Source of the DNA: Haliotis cracherodii
Lineage: Eukaryota
Reading direction: 5' to 3'
Assembly (NCBI RefSeq): GCF_022045235.1
Contig: NW_027266264.1
Location: 9,238,001-9,302,000, forward strand
Length of the DNA: 64,000 nucleotides
Part shown: positions 1 to 11,645 of the stretch, piece by piece
Position numbering within the stretch: the stretch's first letter is position 1
How the letters are laid out: every line of letters starts with the position of its first letter
Made by a program: the position numbers and the translations under genes
Notes under the pieces: model-generated
What the model was told of the DNA's origin: nothing
The model's database searches: none
Seen by the model: the letters and a program-made list of their open reading frames with translations, nothing else

Positions 1-530
1 ACAGCAGCATTTGCTGTAGATATCTAGATATCCTGCTGAACTGCTTTTGATTGGCATTCCATCAGGTCACTGCCTTTATCTATAAATCTATTTATTGGGA
101 TCGCCATTAAGTAAGAGACTTCTTTCAATAGGCATTAAAACCTATTGTGAGGTTTTACTTTCCAGTCACGTTAAATCTCATAAACAGGGACGTTGTAATG
201 TCCCAGGGATTTTATATAATGTCCTGGGTATTTTATTAATACAACTTCCGTTCAGATTGTAACATGTAATGAAATGTAAAATCAAATGACAAATGTTTTC
301 TTTATATTCCTGAGGATCGAACTCGCAACCTTCATATCTGTAGCCCAGTGAGTGTACCACGAGGCTACAGAGGTGTTGATAAGCCTCACTGGTTTTTAGA
401 ATCTCCTTTTCAAGATCCGTATGCCAGCAACAGATATTTTACTCGCGTTTCCTAAGGTTCATGGAAAGTATGTTCGAAACATAAAAATGTTGATAAATGT
501 TGTTTTAAGTTTCTTTTTTCGGTTTATAAG

Positions 531-673
531 TTTGGAAAAACACTTTCCCTCGGTTTTGGTAGACAGAGCATGCCCTTGGGTCGGGAAAAACCGCGTGGGC
601 ATCGCCCTCTTGGTTTTTCCCTCTCCCCAGGGCATGCTCTGTCTACCAAAACCTCGTGAGCGTGTTTTCTCCA
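531..673. repeat. Palindromic (fold-back) non-autonomous DNA element
   Basis: ggttttggtagacagagcatgccct / agggcatgctctgtctaccaaaacc are perfect inverted arms, with an inner gggaaaaacc/ggtttttccc pair. Confidence 0.7.
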
Positions 674-1433
674 ATACATAATAACCGACCCTCTGCTATT
701 TCTGCTTGTCATGGGCCAGAGGACAAGTAGTTAAGTCAACCCCTGTTATACATAATGAAAGATAGAGAAAGACAAATGTACAAAGCGGTGATTACACAAA
801 GATGGCGTCTGAGGCTATTTAACTCTCAAGTTCATATTTTAGTTCATTGTTTTGTAGTCTTTCATGAACATGAAGCTACATCTTTCCATAAGTATCTTCT
901 ATATTTGAGCCAATTGAATATTGTTAGTACAAACTGAGTAAAAGAGTTAACATAAAATCCTTTCACTAGCAGTGCAAAATAAAGCAAAGAGTTTGTGATA
1001 TAATTCTTGTTTTTCTTTAGTCATTATCAAGGCATGAGATTATAGTGAAGTGCGCAGTCTTGCATACTTGCAAAATCAGGGATGGAAAATTCAAATTCAT
1101 CCGGGCTCGAGTCATCAGAACCTAGTAGGGCTGGTTACATCACAAAGGAAAGTTTATTTTATACATTCTCGTACACAAAGTTGTCTTGGGCAGTAAGAAT
1201 AAAATAGGCACCTAGAAGTGGTCTAAGAAATTAGCTGAAATAGAAGTCCTGCAGCAAAGGAAGCAAAAATGAAAACAATAAAATAAACTTCCTAGAACTA
1301 TGACTTGCATGTTATTACCCGGGAGAAAACAAGGGTAGTCATCGGTACCAGGAACTTCAACACAATCAAATTAGATTCAATTGCAACAACAGAAATAATC
1401 AAAGAAAACAAAAAAACAATGTCTTTTGGGCAA

Positions 1434-1932
1434 CAATCTCATTAAAATCAGATCTTTGTACTCGCTACTGCTAAACAAAGATCTGAAGACATCCCATTAG
1501 GGGTCAGGTCAGAACGACCTTTCATCCGACCAATCAGAGCGTCGCTTACCAGATCTTGAAAGTGAGAGTCTGAATGTGTTCTCTAATCATGCAACCACGA
1601 AATATTTAACACTGGGTATTCCGAACGACAGTTACAGGTTTTATCATTATATCCGTACAATCTATGCCATCTATAAGCCATTCTAGAGTGTTCTTCTTAT
1701 CAGTTTTAATTTTTTAATCGAGAATACGTCAAAATATGTTTCGAAGCCAGATTGAAACTAGTGTCGTAAAACTCGAGAAAGCTGCATTCTGATTGGCTAA
1801 TGTCTATTTCTTGTCAGTCATTTCATTGGTCAGTCAAAATTTGCGAAACGTCGTACTGACGTGACCTGTAATGGGATCCTCAGATCTTTGTTTAGCGGTA
1901 GCGAGAACTGAGATCTGATTTTAATGAGATTG
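1434..1932. mobile_element. MITE family A (Mutator-like, 9-bp TSD)
   Basis: ~85-bp terminal inverted repeats (TIRs) starting caatctcattaaaatcagatct. Perfect TSD tttgggcaa at 1425-1433 and 1933-1941. Confidence 0.9.
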
Positions 1933-2588
1933 TTTGGGCAATTATTAGTGCTAGACATGAGCTGATTGTATATCTTGTATTACAGAGTTCAAGATGATTA
2001 AAGAGCAATTTATCCCCAAAATGGATCCAAGTTTTGTCTTGAGGTCAACTAATCCTATTCTAACCCTTTGTTGTCTCTTAAACAAAATCTTTAAACAAAT
2101 TGATCAAAAAGACAGGCGTAAGGAGGAAAAATAAATCAACCGGCATGCCTGGGTATACAGCCAGATAATAAATTGTTTGAACACAGCACACAGGTAGAAA
2201 CAACAAATAACTATAAAATACAATTTTTGACAGTCTTCACTTTCCTAATATCAACACAATTTATCAAGTCCGCCCAAGTTTCAAAAGTCGAATGAACAAA
2301 ACTCAAGCTATCTGTTTAGTGACAAACATTAAGCAATGCATATTGAGCACGTCCCTCAGTGATGTTGATACAATGTAGTCTTATTATTATTATGATGAAG
2401 AACTGAGAATGCAATAATGAGATTAGATAACCAATTAGGGACATGCATACTTGCATTACATGCCAGAAACACACAAACCAACACTACACCAATACACACT
2501 CGTACACAGTAGAAGCACCAGAATGCCTCAAGTTGTTGTACAACGTAACTGATGTATTGTAGAAGTCAGGAATCTGTTACACTCTCAC

Positions 2589-5500
2589 CTGCTTTAGCTT
2601 CCTTGTACACAAGACACACCTTGCTGTAGCCATCACAGAAGTCGAGTTCATAGATCCGATTACGTCCAGTGAAGGTGGGTTTCTCAATGCCTGTGGAATC
2701 AATACTAACTGGTGTTGGGAACTGGTTGCGATTTACTCATTAGTAACGACAATTTCTTTTGGTGGGGTTTATGGAATTTGATAGTGAAAAATGTGGACGG
2801 TAGGTAGAAATAAAAAAATAAAATAATATGCATTTTTTGTACAGGATGTTTTTAATTGTCTTAACGTTTGACTTTGATTGGCAAGGTATAAAAAACATAA
2901 ATGATATAAAAATTTCAAATTTGTACTGACCAAGTTTCTCATCACCCGTTCATTTACCGGAATTCGCTGAAGGGGTATGGTGTAAAATTTTTCTGCTCAT
3001 AATATTCGATTTTTTTAATTTCAAAAATACTGAATCCGCTAGAGGGGGGTGCGCATTATACTCGTGTGCACACTATACTCAAGAAAATATGGTATTAAAA
3101 ATAATGTTTTTGTCAAATAAATATCCCTTTGATTATTTTTATTGTCAAAGCAATCTTCACTGAATTTTCGATCTTTTATATCTGTGGATCCATAAACCAA
3201 GGACAAAACTGTACTATCAGTTTGTTAGCATACTTGCTTTTTGCATGATTTGAAATGTTTTAAATCTTATTCTCTAAATTCCATTTTGGGTAAATATTAC
3301 TGATGTGTAAAATGCCAGAGCTACATTATCAAAGTACATGTACATTATTATCATGGCAAAAAGCTTTTTTGTCACATTACAAATCAAACTTGGTTGTTTC
3401 ATGACCAGTAAAGCGAGTATGCTGATGGGAACCTGTTGTTAACAAACATGTTGATAAACTCCTGGCCAAGTATGCTTTCTGGCAGGTCCTAACCTGAGAT
3501 GGGATCGTCGTTGTCGGAGTCTGTGTCCAGGTCAGCTAGGGAGGGCTGAATGTGTGTCAGTTTGTCACTACTAATGTCTAGACGGAGGAGCTGTTCCACA
3601 CGGTTGATGTGCATCTTGCCCACAGGGACAGTCTGGTCTACAATGTAACCATGGGTCATAAAAAGAGAAACAACTTTTAACTAAAATAATATATCTACAA
3701 TTGGTGCAAAAAATATCTATGTTTTGAATCTGATTACGTAGAGTTCTAAATCAGGTAAACATTTCATTCTTTAGCCTTTTGAAACAGTCACGCATCATCC
3801 TCAAGTTAGAATGAAATATGTTGAGTACTAGAGTTTTACTATATTTTCTGATTTCTGAGCCAAGTTGAGCTTTGTGGTTTCTCTTAAAAAATCTGATGTT
3901 ACATTACATTGTGAAAAGCAAAGTTCAAATAACACATATCAATGAAAATGGAACTTACTGTCTAGTTTCACAGACCATGTGAAGTGAAAACCATTTGACG
4001 TCAAGTAGAAACTTTTTAAATCCTCAGGTAAAAGACAGCAATTTCTCTGAAAGGAAATAACTGACAGTCACAGAGTTGTCACGCTACACTTATATACTAC
4101 TCGAAAGAAGGTAAGGACCACCCGATTCTTTCATTCTATTCTAGCATGACAGATCAACTACTTATATGAAAGAATAGGGTGGTCCTTACTTGTTTTGAGT
4201 AGCATACATAAGATGATGAATTTAAGTCTGCTGGCTGGAACTGGTCTCTGGACATTCATTGCAGTAGAATTTAATACTAATATATGTATTATTTATGCTG
4301 AGTTTACAAGTTCTTGGCTTACATTGAGGAGTGCACTATGTATCATGATGATGTGTGAAAAATTATGTAAATTTGAATATTAGTCATATCATTCAATCTC
4401 ATTAAAATCAGATCTTAGTTCTTGCTACTGCTAAGCATCCCATTACAGGTCACTTCAGACAGAACTTTGACCGACCAATGGAATGACTAACAAGAAGTCG
4501 ACAATAGCCAAACAGAAGGCAGCTTAATTAAGCTTTACGGCATACATTTCAAACTGGTTTTCAAACAATTTTATATCCTTTGATAAATGCACAAAAAACG
4601 AAAAACAATCCTTAAACAGCTTCTTGTGGAAATTGATTGACATGAGCTGTGTCTGCAATGTCTGCACTGAGACCATCTGCTGTGTCTCACTCGCCTGAGT
4701 AAGTCTGTCTTGTTATAAATGTATCCTGAGGGATACTAGTAGCAGTTCAGAACTTAAGTGGTTGTCTTTTTGTGTATGTTTACTTTTACGACTAGTAAAC
4801 AGTAATTTCTACTCATTGATTTAGTAATTGCAACCTGGTCGCATGTAATTGTAACGGTTTGTAATCGTGTGAGTTGTCATTCAAGACCTTTTGGTTTTCA
4901 AGGTTGAAATATGTCTTAGTTCTAATAGTACATGTACCTGTTCCCATGACAACACTGCATGGCGATCCGCTGGGTTCCTTTCGTCAAGTGTGACTTTGCA
5001 AACTCCAGTTTTCTTCTCTGAAAAAATGATTAATCCTTAATTCAATTCCTTTGTCAAGACATTGACAATTTTTGCTTCTTGAAACATTAAAAATGAGAAA
5101 GTTTAATTGTCATAATCATTCCTTCATCAATTTAAAAAATGCAGGTTGGGCCTACTAGAAAGTTGTGGGACACTTAGTATATGAAAATAGACTTTTCTTG
5201 GCAGTACTACACTTTATCGTACACACTTAAGTTTTCTGATTCCAATTAGCAGCTAACCCTAACTCACAGGGTAAGAAGTGGAAAGGTGTGTCCAACTCTA
5301 AAGATTGTGAAGGGCGTTTGATTGGAAAGGGGGACGATGAGGCACATGAGATCAGTGAAGCGAGAGTTACAGCCAGTGACAATATAGTGCAATGTCGCTG
5401 TACCTGGTAAACTGCTGTTTTTGCCTTTTTCTTGTAAATGTGGCATGTTTTGCACCAAGGTTTGTCAATGGTATGAAGCAAGTGAAATCTAGCCAGTTTT

Positions 5501-5845
5501 TCATCAATAAAAAACATACCATCAACAAAGACTCAGGGCAAAGAATGATTTAGATGGCCGGTTGCCATTCATCACGTTACTTCATACGTGAAATTCTTCC
5601 ATTATCGTATAAATGTTCATGCCACTGTGAGTTAACTGCTTGACAAAAGAGACTTGACATATTATCAGCTGATTATGTCCCAGGGAGAACACATTATTTC
5701 ATTCCATATATGTTCATCAATATTTGTATTATTTTTGGATATTAATACAGTAAATCAACTACAAACCTAGATATTTTTCTATTCCAATGTTCATTTGTTC
5801 AAGTGAAACAGCTGAAAAGTCAACGTCGTCCATTTTATCCGTCAT
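2589..5845 (-). CDS. TPGS2: Tubulin polyglutamylase complex subunit 2, 5' part (3' exons lie left of the window)
   Basis: Exons 5845-5767, 5017-4938, 4046-3959, 3637-3494 and 2690-2589 are all GT-AG with matching phases. Spliced peptide: MTDKMDDVDFSAVSLEQMNIGIEKYLEKKTGVCKVTLDERNPADRHAVLSWEQRNCCLLPEDLKSFYLTSNGFHFTWSVKLDNQTVPVGKMHIN...PSLADLD...EKPTFTGRNRIYELDFCDGYSKVCLVYKE. It matches recalled TPGS2 motifs (ERHMISSWEQ, PEDVKNFYLMTNGFHMTWSVKLD, GKVCLVYK). Not visible in the ORF track. Confidence 0.92.
4097..4203. mobile_element. Short Tc1/mariner-type MITE
   Basis: TIRs ctactc..gtaaggaccaccc / gggtggtccttact..gagtag, preceded by TA. Related degenerate copy at ~21068-21150. Confidence 0.6.
4414..4570. 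mobile_element. Truncated MITE family A
   Basis: Starts caatctcattaaaatcagatcttagttc; only one TIR is present. Another stub lies at 38088-38136. Confidence 0.75.
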
Positions 5846-7007
5846 TTCCGAGAATACGAATGTCACGGTTTCCTAAAGCATCATTTGGCAGCCATCTTGT
5901 AACTTGGGACGCACCTGTTTGAAGAGTCACACAAGGGAGGTAATTCTTACAATCGTCGAGAACTTGGGCAACAATAATTGTATCTTTCTGTTTTACGGAT
6001 TTGGGCTATGCAGTTAACCATCATAATGTCTGAATAAAAAACATATTTTGCATTTGTACAATATTTGTTTCGTTTTTTGTGTTTGTCACGGTCGGTTAAG
6101 TCGGAAAAATAAATGTTAGTTGTGTTTAGTGCAGGATGTTTGATTTTATGCACTAACATTTAGTTACTCGAGCCAAAACTTTCGATCTCTAAATAGGGTT
6201 CTTGCAATAGCCAATTTAATAGATAATTATCTAATAAGTTAACAGTAAATTTAATTTTGTTTGATGTTAGTAGCGTTTGATATTTCTGATCAATCAAATA
6301 TGATAACATGGAGCGGTTGGCTTATTTTATGATTGTGACCCGTGGCTCCCGTCGTTCGGATCCATAAACCGAAAATATGAAAAGTGTAGCCTTTGGGGTG
6401 CAGATACGAACTTATTTCATTTCACTACAAATACACTGAGAGATCTATGTGAAATTGTGACCACGTTACGCCACTTGTGTGTATACAAATAACTAGACTG
6501 CCGGTCAAAAGAAAGTATTCAACCAATGTTTGAATGGAAGCTATGAAACAAACAAGAAATGGTTTTTCGATGGCGATATACATTTATTTGATATGGGTAC
6601 TCATGGACGGATACAGAGGGGGCGGTGCGGGGGGTGCGCATTTCTCTTGCATGATTTGCTTTGTACATTTTAAGTAATTTAAAGGCAGGCCTCTAAGGGT
6701 GCTGGCTAAAGCAGCCCCATATTTCCACCAGAAATTATGAAATGCCATGTATAAACAAAACAATTCAACGAGCGTGAAGTAACAGGTCAGGCTCTCTTTG
6801 GCTCGGATCTATTTGAAGCGCCAGTGCTCAGGTAGCTCTTGTATATTGTATGACGGTTATTGTTACTTACTGATTATTATTATTATTATTAATTATTGTT
6901 TGATGACTAAAATTAATGGCGATAATAATGATAAATATGACAGTTTATACTACTTAATATATGTCTTTGTGTGTATGGGGGCAGCGTGGTAGCCTTGTGG
7001 GGGTGTA

Positions 7008-8085
7008 AGCTGAAACGGCACCTCAGCAAAACGTCGCCGATTTCTCGGGCGAAAACGGCCCCTCATTTGGCGAAATCGGCTAACATTTGTCGGGTGAAAC
7101 GGGACCTCTTTATCAATAACGATAAGGACTATTCATGTAGTACAATATATGCTTTATCTACGCTTAATTATGATGGGTCCACTTGTAACAGTAACTGTTG
7201 TCGCATGATACAGCATGTAGATTGGCAAACCAGATGACGTCACTATTGAGCATCAATATGACGTCACCTAACAACGGAAATGATAATGTCCCGTTGTGCG
7301 GGCGGTTAATGATAATTATAGCTAAAATGGATAGAATTATCATAAAAACGCCCGCGTGTTATCAGAAATGAGCGGTCCACTGTAACTTGATAATGCCCTC
7401 ATATTACTTGACGACGGGCCATTATCACGCCCGTTGTTAGGTGACGTCATAAGATAGAGATAAGTGACGTAACGTTCAATAGTGACGTCATCTGGTTTGT
7501 TCTATGACGTTTCCATATTTGTAAAAGTGGGTCAGTGACATTCGTGTTGATTGCAGTAAATGTTTCAAAACCGATATTGTTGTTTCTATTTATTTGATAA
7601 CAAATTCCATCCATTTTAGCTATAATTGACGCTATTTTTCAGGGCATTATCATTTGGGCGGTTAATGACAATTCTACCAAGAATTTGGAATTTACTCGAT
7701 TCTAATTGGTCAATCAGAGGCTATTAAATCACAATCAAAACCAGGTGACCGAGCCCTACATTGAAAACACAGTATGTTTATCTCCTAATTCTATCCATTT
7801 TAGATATAATATTTGATAGTGATTCATAAACACATGCTCAGATGTAGTCGGAATCATACAATCGACTCTGCACTTTATGTAGAGGTTTGTATTGGATATG
7901 GAAAGGGTTTTGTCGCTTTATTAACATTTCGCAATTATTGGTGTTTGCATGTGACTATGTGAGTTTAATTTAATTTATTTCAGTACCAAAGTAAAGAAAA
8001 TAACGTGCCGTTTTCGCCAGGCAATAGTTGCCGTTTTCGCTTTGGGCGAGGTGACGTTTTCGCCAATCAGTGCCGCTTTCGCTGT
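7008..8085. mobile_element. Nested non-autonomous DNA elements: outer element with (ggcgaaaacggc)-type subterminal repeats, inner multi-palindromic element
   Basis: gcgaaaacggc-type repeats at 7010-7105 are inverted relative to gccgttttcgc repeats at 8005-8083. Inner inverted pairs: caaaccagatgacgtcactattga (7226) / tcaatagtgacgtcatctggtttg (7476), and taaaatggatagaatt (7323) / aattctatccattttag (7787). Confidence 0.6.
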
Positions 8086-8207
8086 TTATTTGATGACAAC
8101 TGTTACTGGTTGGCTGGCCTTAAATACCATGCATAACTCACCGATGCAATGTTCCTTTTCCAAATTGTGGGTGGGCTTGAAACCATGAGTATTCCAACTT
8201 GACTCAT

Positions 8208-8345
8208 GGGCGGTCGGGTAGCCTAGTGGTAAAAGCGTTTGCTCGTCACGCCGAAGACCCGGGTTCGATTCCCGTCATGGGTACAATGTGTGAAGGCCAT
8301 TTCTGGTGTACCTCGTCGTGATGTTGCTGGAATATTGCTGAAAGC
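8208..8345 (+). mobile_element. tRNA(Asp)-like SINE family 1, 3'-truncated
   Basis: A box tagcctagtgg, gtcacgcc anticodon-arm remnant, B box ggttcgattcc, body ggtacaatgtgtgaag...gctggaatattgct. Confidence 0.85.
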
Positions 8346-8772
8346 TTTGTGTGTATGTGCACATGAATGCAGAATTTTACGGTCTGTAGGCTCGGGCCAA
8401 GTTAGATCCAGATCGGCCCATCTTTTGACAATATTGAGACGTATTTAGTAGAAGTTTCTCTTCAACTTGCCTCTGTTAAAAAAACAAGACTGAAGCCAGT
8501 TTACTCTGCACAGCGCTTATGTTGTCGGCTTCGCTGTGCGGAGCTCTATTGTTTTGTTCGAAGAATAATTTTGAATAGAGCATGTGACGTCACACTCGAA
8601 TATTATTTCATGCATGATGCAAAAACACACACAGAACGATTGAAAGAATGAGTTTATTCCACAAGGGGCCACCGACCCATTATACAAGGTACATTGGTTT
8701 TGTCAGTTCACGTGTACAGAGCGCTGACTATTACATCAGGGGACAGATTCACAAAGCACCCGCAATCCAAGA

Positions 8773-9034
8773 TTGGTTGCTTTGTTGTTTTACGCCACAC
8801 TCAGCAACATTTCAGCTATATGACGGCGGTCTGTAAATAATCGAGTCTGGACCAGACAATCCAGTGACTGACATCTTGAGCATCGATACACACAATTGGG
8901 ATCGATGACATGCATCAACCAAGTCAGCGAGCCTGACCATCCGATCCTGTTAGTCGCCTCTTATGACAAGCATAGTCGCCTTTTATGGCAAGCATGGGTT
9001 GCTCAAGACTTATTCTATCCCGGATCTTCACGGG
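8773..9034 (-). mobile_element. Non-autonomous retroposon family 3 (no tRNA head; RTE-like 5' motif; (aaac)n tail)
   Basis: Head cccgtgaagatccggg..cttgccataaaaggcgacta; body cactggattgtctggtccagactcgattatttacagaccgccgtcatatagctg. Other copies at 21210-21431(+), 26457-26600(+), 40563-40875 (two inverted pieces), 43573-43806(-), 52971-53100(+), 54511-54699(+), 57660-57843(-). Confidence 0.8.
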
Positions 9035-10529
9035 CGCAAGCCACGAATGATCTGGTCAAAACTGGTCCAAACTCGTCGGAGTACTGAAAAGGATGCTCAA
9101 AAGGTTACTAAGGCCGATCATAACCCACGAACGTCCTGTGGGTCGGGTCCAAGCACACGTTACATACACTGGCAACAATCAGTCTCACAATGGCATATTA
9201 TATAATTACTACAAAACTGGCACATTTTTAAGAAAAGTGTTCCTTTTCTTGAGAGCAAGAAATATATACTAAGCAAATATCCTAAGAACAGCATCTTCCC
9301 GAGGCAAGGGAGTTAACTGACTATTAAAGTCCAGTTTAAACGTGGACATAGAGGTTGTAGCTATATAAATGTTTTAGTATATCAAGAATTGGACATGTGT
9401 AATAATATTTAAGAAGTTCATTTTCCCTCAAATTTGAGTAAAATGGGCATCCGAGAGAAAAGTAGAAATCAGTTTCCATATATGGCACAATACAAATGAA
9501 CACAGAGGTTCTGGCCTTGGTATCATAATTTTATAATGAAAAGAACAACTAAACCTAACAAGTGACTACATCAATACACTTGGTTAGATGGACAAAATTA
9601 TTTTTTTCCTTGACAGAATTAAACTATTCCAGCTGAGAATAACAAACTACATTACTATTCCATGTATGTTGGCAGATATCTTTACATCTTTGGCTTAAAA
9701 CCATAATGTAAATGCATCTATATTTCCAACACTAGCAGTATTTAACACTAGCAACCCAACAGGCTGTACCATTTTTTTCCCCTTTTATACCTTAAAATCA
9801 TTGGAACCTTTCACGATAACATTAACATGTTGTGACAATAACCTTAACCAAGATCTTATAACTTTTACATAATGCAAAACCATCACTGATGTTCTATTCA
9901 CCATACCTCTTGCAATTATGCAATTAAGCTCAGAGCAAGTTTACAGAAACGATCGTGTACATTTTCAATATCGGGTGAAGGATAAAATCCCCAATCTTCT
10001 GCTCCGTAATTTAAAAATTGCAATACTGTTATATGAAAATTAGGAAAACAGACAATTTTTGCAAAAATAATTGTCTGCTACTTCTAAAAGTCTAATAGAA
10101 ATTGTAGCAGAAAGTTAAATATCTAGAATCTAAATTAGATTCAATATAACGGAATTTGTAAACGTTTGTTCCTTGTTTCCAAAATTATCCAAAATGTCTT
10201 TCATTATGCAACATTTCGGAGATTTCAAAAACTCATTAAATGATAACAAAATAGTAAATAAAATCGGAAATAACATCCCTTGTATAGACTCACTCTGCGT
10301 AAAACACCAGTCCTTCTCTACAGCCAACAAACAACCTGAAAGAAGGAAATTAAAAACTAGAAAGACAATAAAAAGAACAGTCAATCATACAGAATTAATG
10401 AATGAAGTGTATGTTTTCTCATCAATGACAACAACGTGTCTTGCAGTGGAAATAGTGGATCAAAATCATTTAAATATCTGGATCGCAGGGACGCCTCACA
10501 TGTCTATATTGGGTAGCATGCAGTAACTG

Positions 10530-11645
10530 TTATTGCTGATAAAGTTTGCAGACATCGTCACAGTTCAAATTCTTCACCAACCTACCACTCAAAGGGCTCC
10601 CCTTTAGTCTGACACAACACATTGCCTCTGTCTTTTGACATGTGCTAAATCTCTCAACCACGCCCCTTTCTCCTCTGTATGCGCCATTAACGATGCGTGC
10701 TAGACCCCCAACTTCGGGCACAAGAGTCATCAAGTATTTCTGGTCCACTATCAGGACATTGTCATTGCACAGCACATGCGCCAAGCCTGTGAATGGAGAG
10801 AGGAGACCCACGATTCTACAGTTCTTCCTGTAGTTACTTCTTCCATACCTGTCCGTGATGATAGTAACCACGATCCCCTTCTGCAGCCAACTGTCCCGTC
10901 GGTTCATCTTTTCTTTCAGTTTCTCTTCTTCCTCCATTATTTCGGCGAGTGTGGACTTCCGGTTAGCGTTGGGTTTCACATGGTGGTCGATGTCTCCGTG
11001 ACATTTTTGTGATAACGATGGCCTTTCTTCTTTGTTGTATGGAGATCGTCGCGGGGACATTTTAAAGGTAACCTTGTCTCTTTTAAGTGACCATTTCTGA
11101 CCGTTTTGTATTCGGGAATCTGAATCTGTGGTCGTTTTGGGGAGGGATCCTGGTTTATCGTCACATCGCGTACTGTTTTTGCACATCTCTTTTTGGGCTG
11201 GCTTGCGAATATTACGATAACTTTGTGTCACAAAGTTACTATCAACGAAACACAGTTTAGGATGTGACGGCAAAGCTTGTGAGGCCTTTTCCACTTTCTG
11301 GGGATGTTGGACGTACCAAATTTTGCTTGAATAATCCACATGAACCCGCCCGACTCTCCCTTGGTACCGAACGAACTCATCAAGCGCCTTCCATCTGGTT
11401 TTTGATATATGAACATTGCCTTTGTTCAACATGTACTTCATATACACCTCACTGGCTTCCACTTTCTTGTCCCCGAAGCACTGCAGAAGAACATTCATAA
11501 ATCCATTCTCAAATTTTGAAGATATTCTGTTTCTTCTTTCCTCGTCCACTACAATGAATTGTTTCTGTACTTTGTCGTGGAACAGTGTCAAACTCTCAAC
11601 CGCGCAGTTCTTCTTACCAACCTGCATTTTGACACGTTTATCCAT
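10530..11645 (-). CDS. KIN: Intronless KIN17-like DNA/RNA-binding protein (winged-helix plus tandem KOW/SH3-like domains; zinc finger degenerate), 371 aa
   Basis: Single 371-aa ORF. FENGFMNVLLQCFGDKKVEASEVYMKYM..HISKTRWKALDEFVRYQGRVGRVHVD..WYVQ matches the KIN17 winged-helix domain. KSTLAEIMEEEE..DSWLQKGIVVTIIT..VNGAYRGERG..PLSGRLV..DDVCKL matches the KIN17 C-terminal domain. There is an in-frame TAG upstream (11676-11678). Probably a paralogue rather than the canonical orthologue. Confidence 0.85.
   Translation of the reverse strand: MDKRVKMQVGKKNCAVESLTLFHDKVQKQFIVVDEERRNRISSKFENGFMNVLLQCFGDKKVEASEVYMKYMLNKGNVHISKTRWKALDEFVRYQGRVGRVHVDYSSKIWYVQHPQKVEKASQALPSHPKLCFVDSNFVTQSYRNIRKPAQKEMCKNSTRCDDKPGSLPKTTTDSDSRIQNGQKWSLKRDKVTFKMSPRRSPYNKEERPSLSQKCHGDIDHHVKPNANRKSTLAEIMEEEEKLKEKMNRRDSWLQKGIVVTIITDRYGRSNYRKNCRIVGLLSPFTGLAHVLCNDNVLIVDQKYLMTLVPEVGGLARIVNGAYRGERGVVERFSTCQKTEAMCCVRLKGSPLSGRLVKNLNCDDVCKLYQQ

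Noticed and set aside
8208-8275. tRNA-Asp gene (and similar A/B-box hits elsewhere)
   Set aside because: No acceptor stem; followed by the SINE body, tail and TSDs in multiple copies.
10130-10526. Short ORFs (84 and 117 aa) downstream of the KIN17-like gene
   Set aside because: AT-rich, no recognisable motifs or splice context; probably 3' UTR noise.
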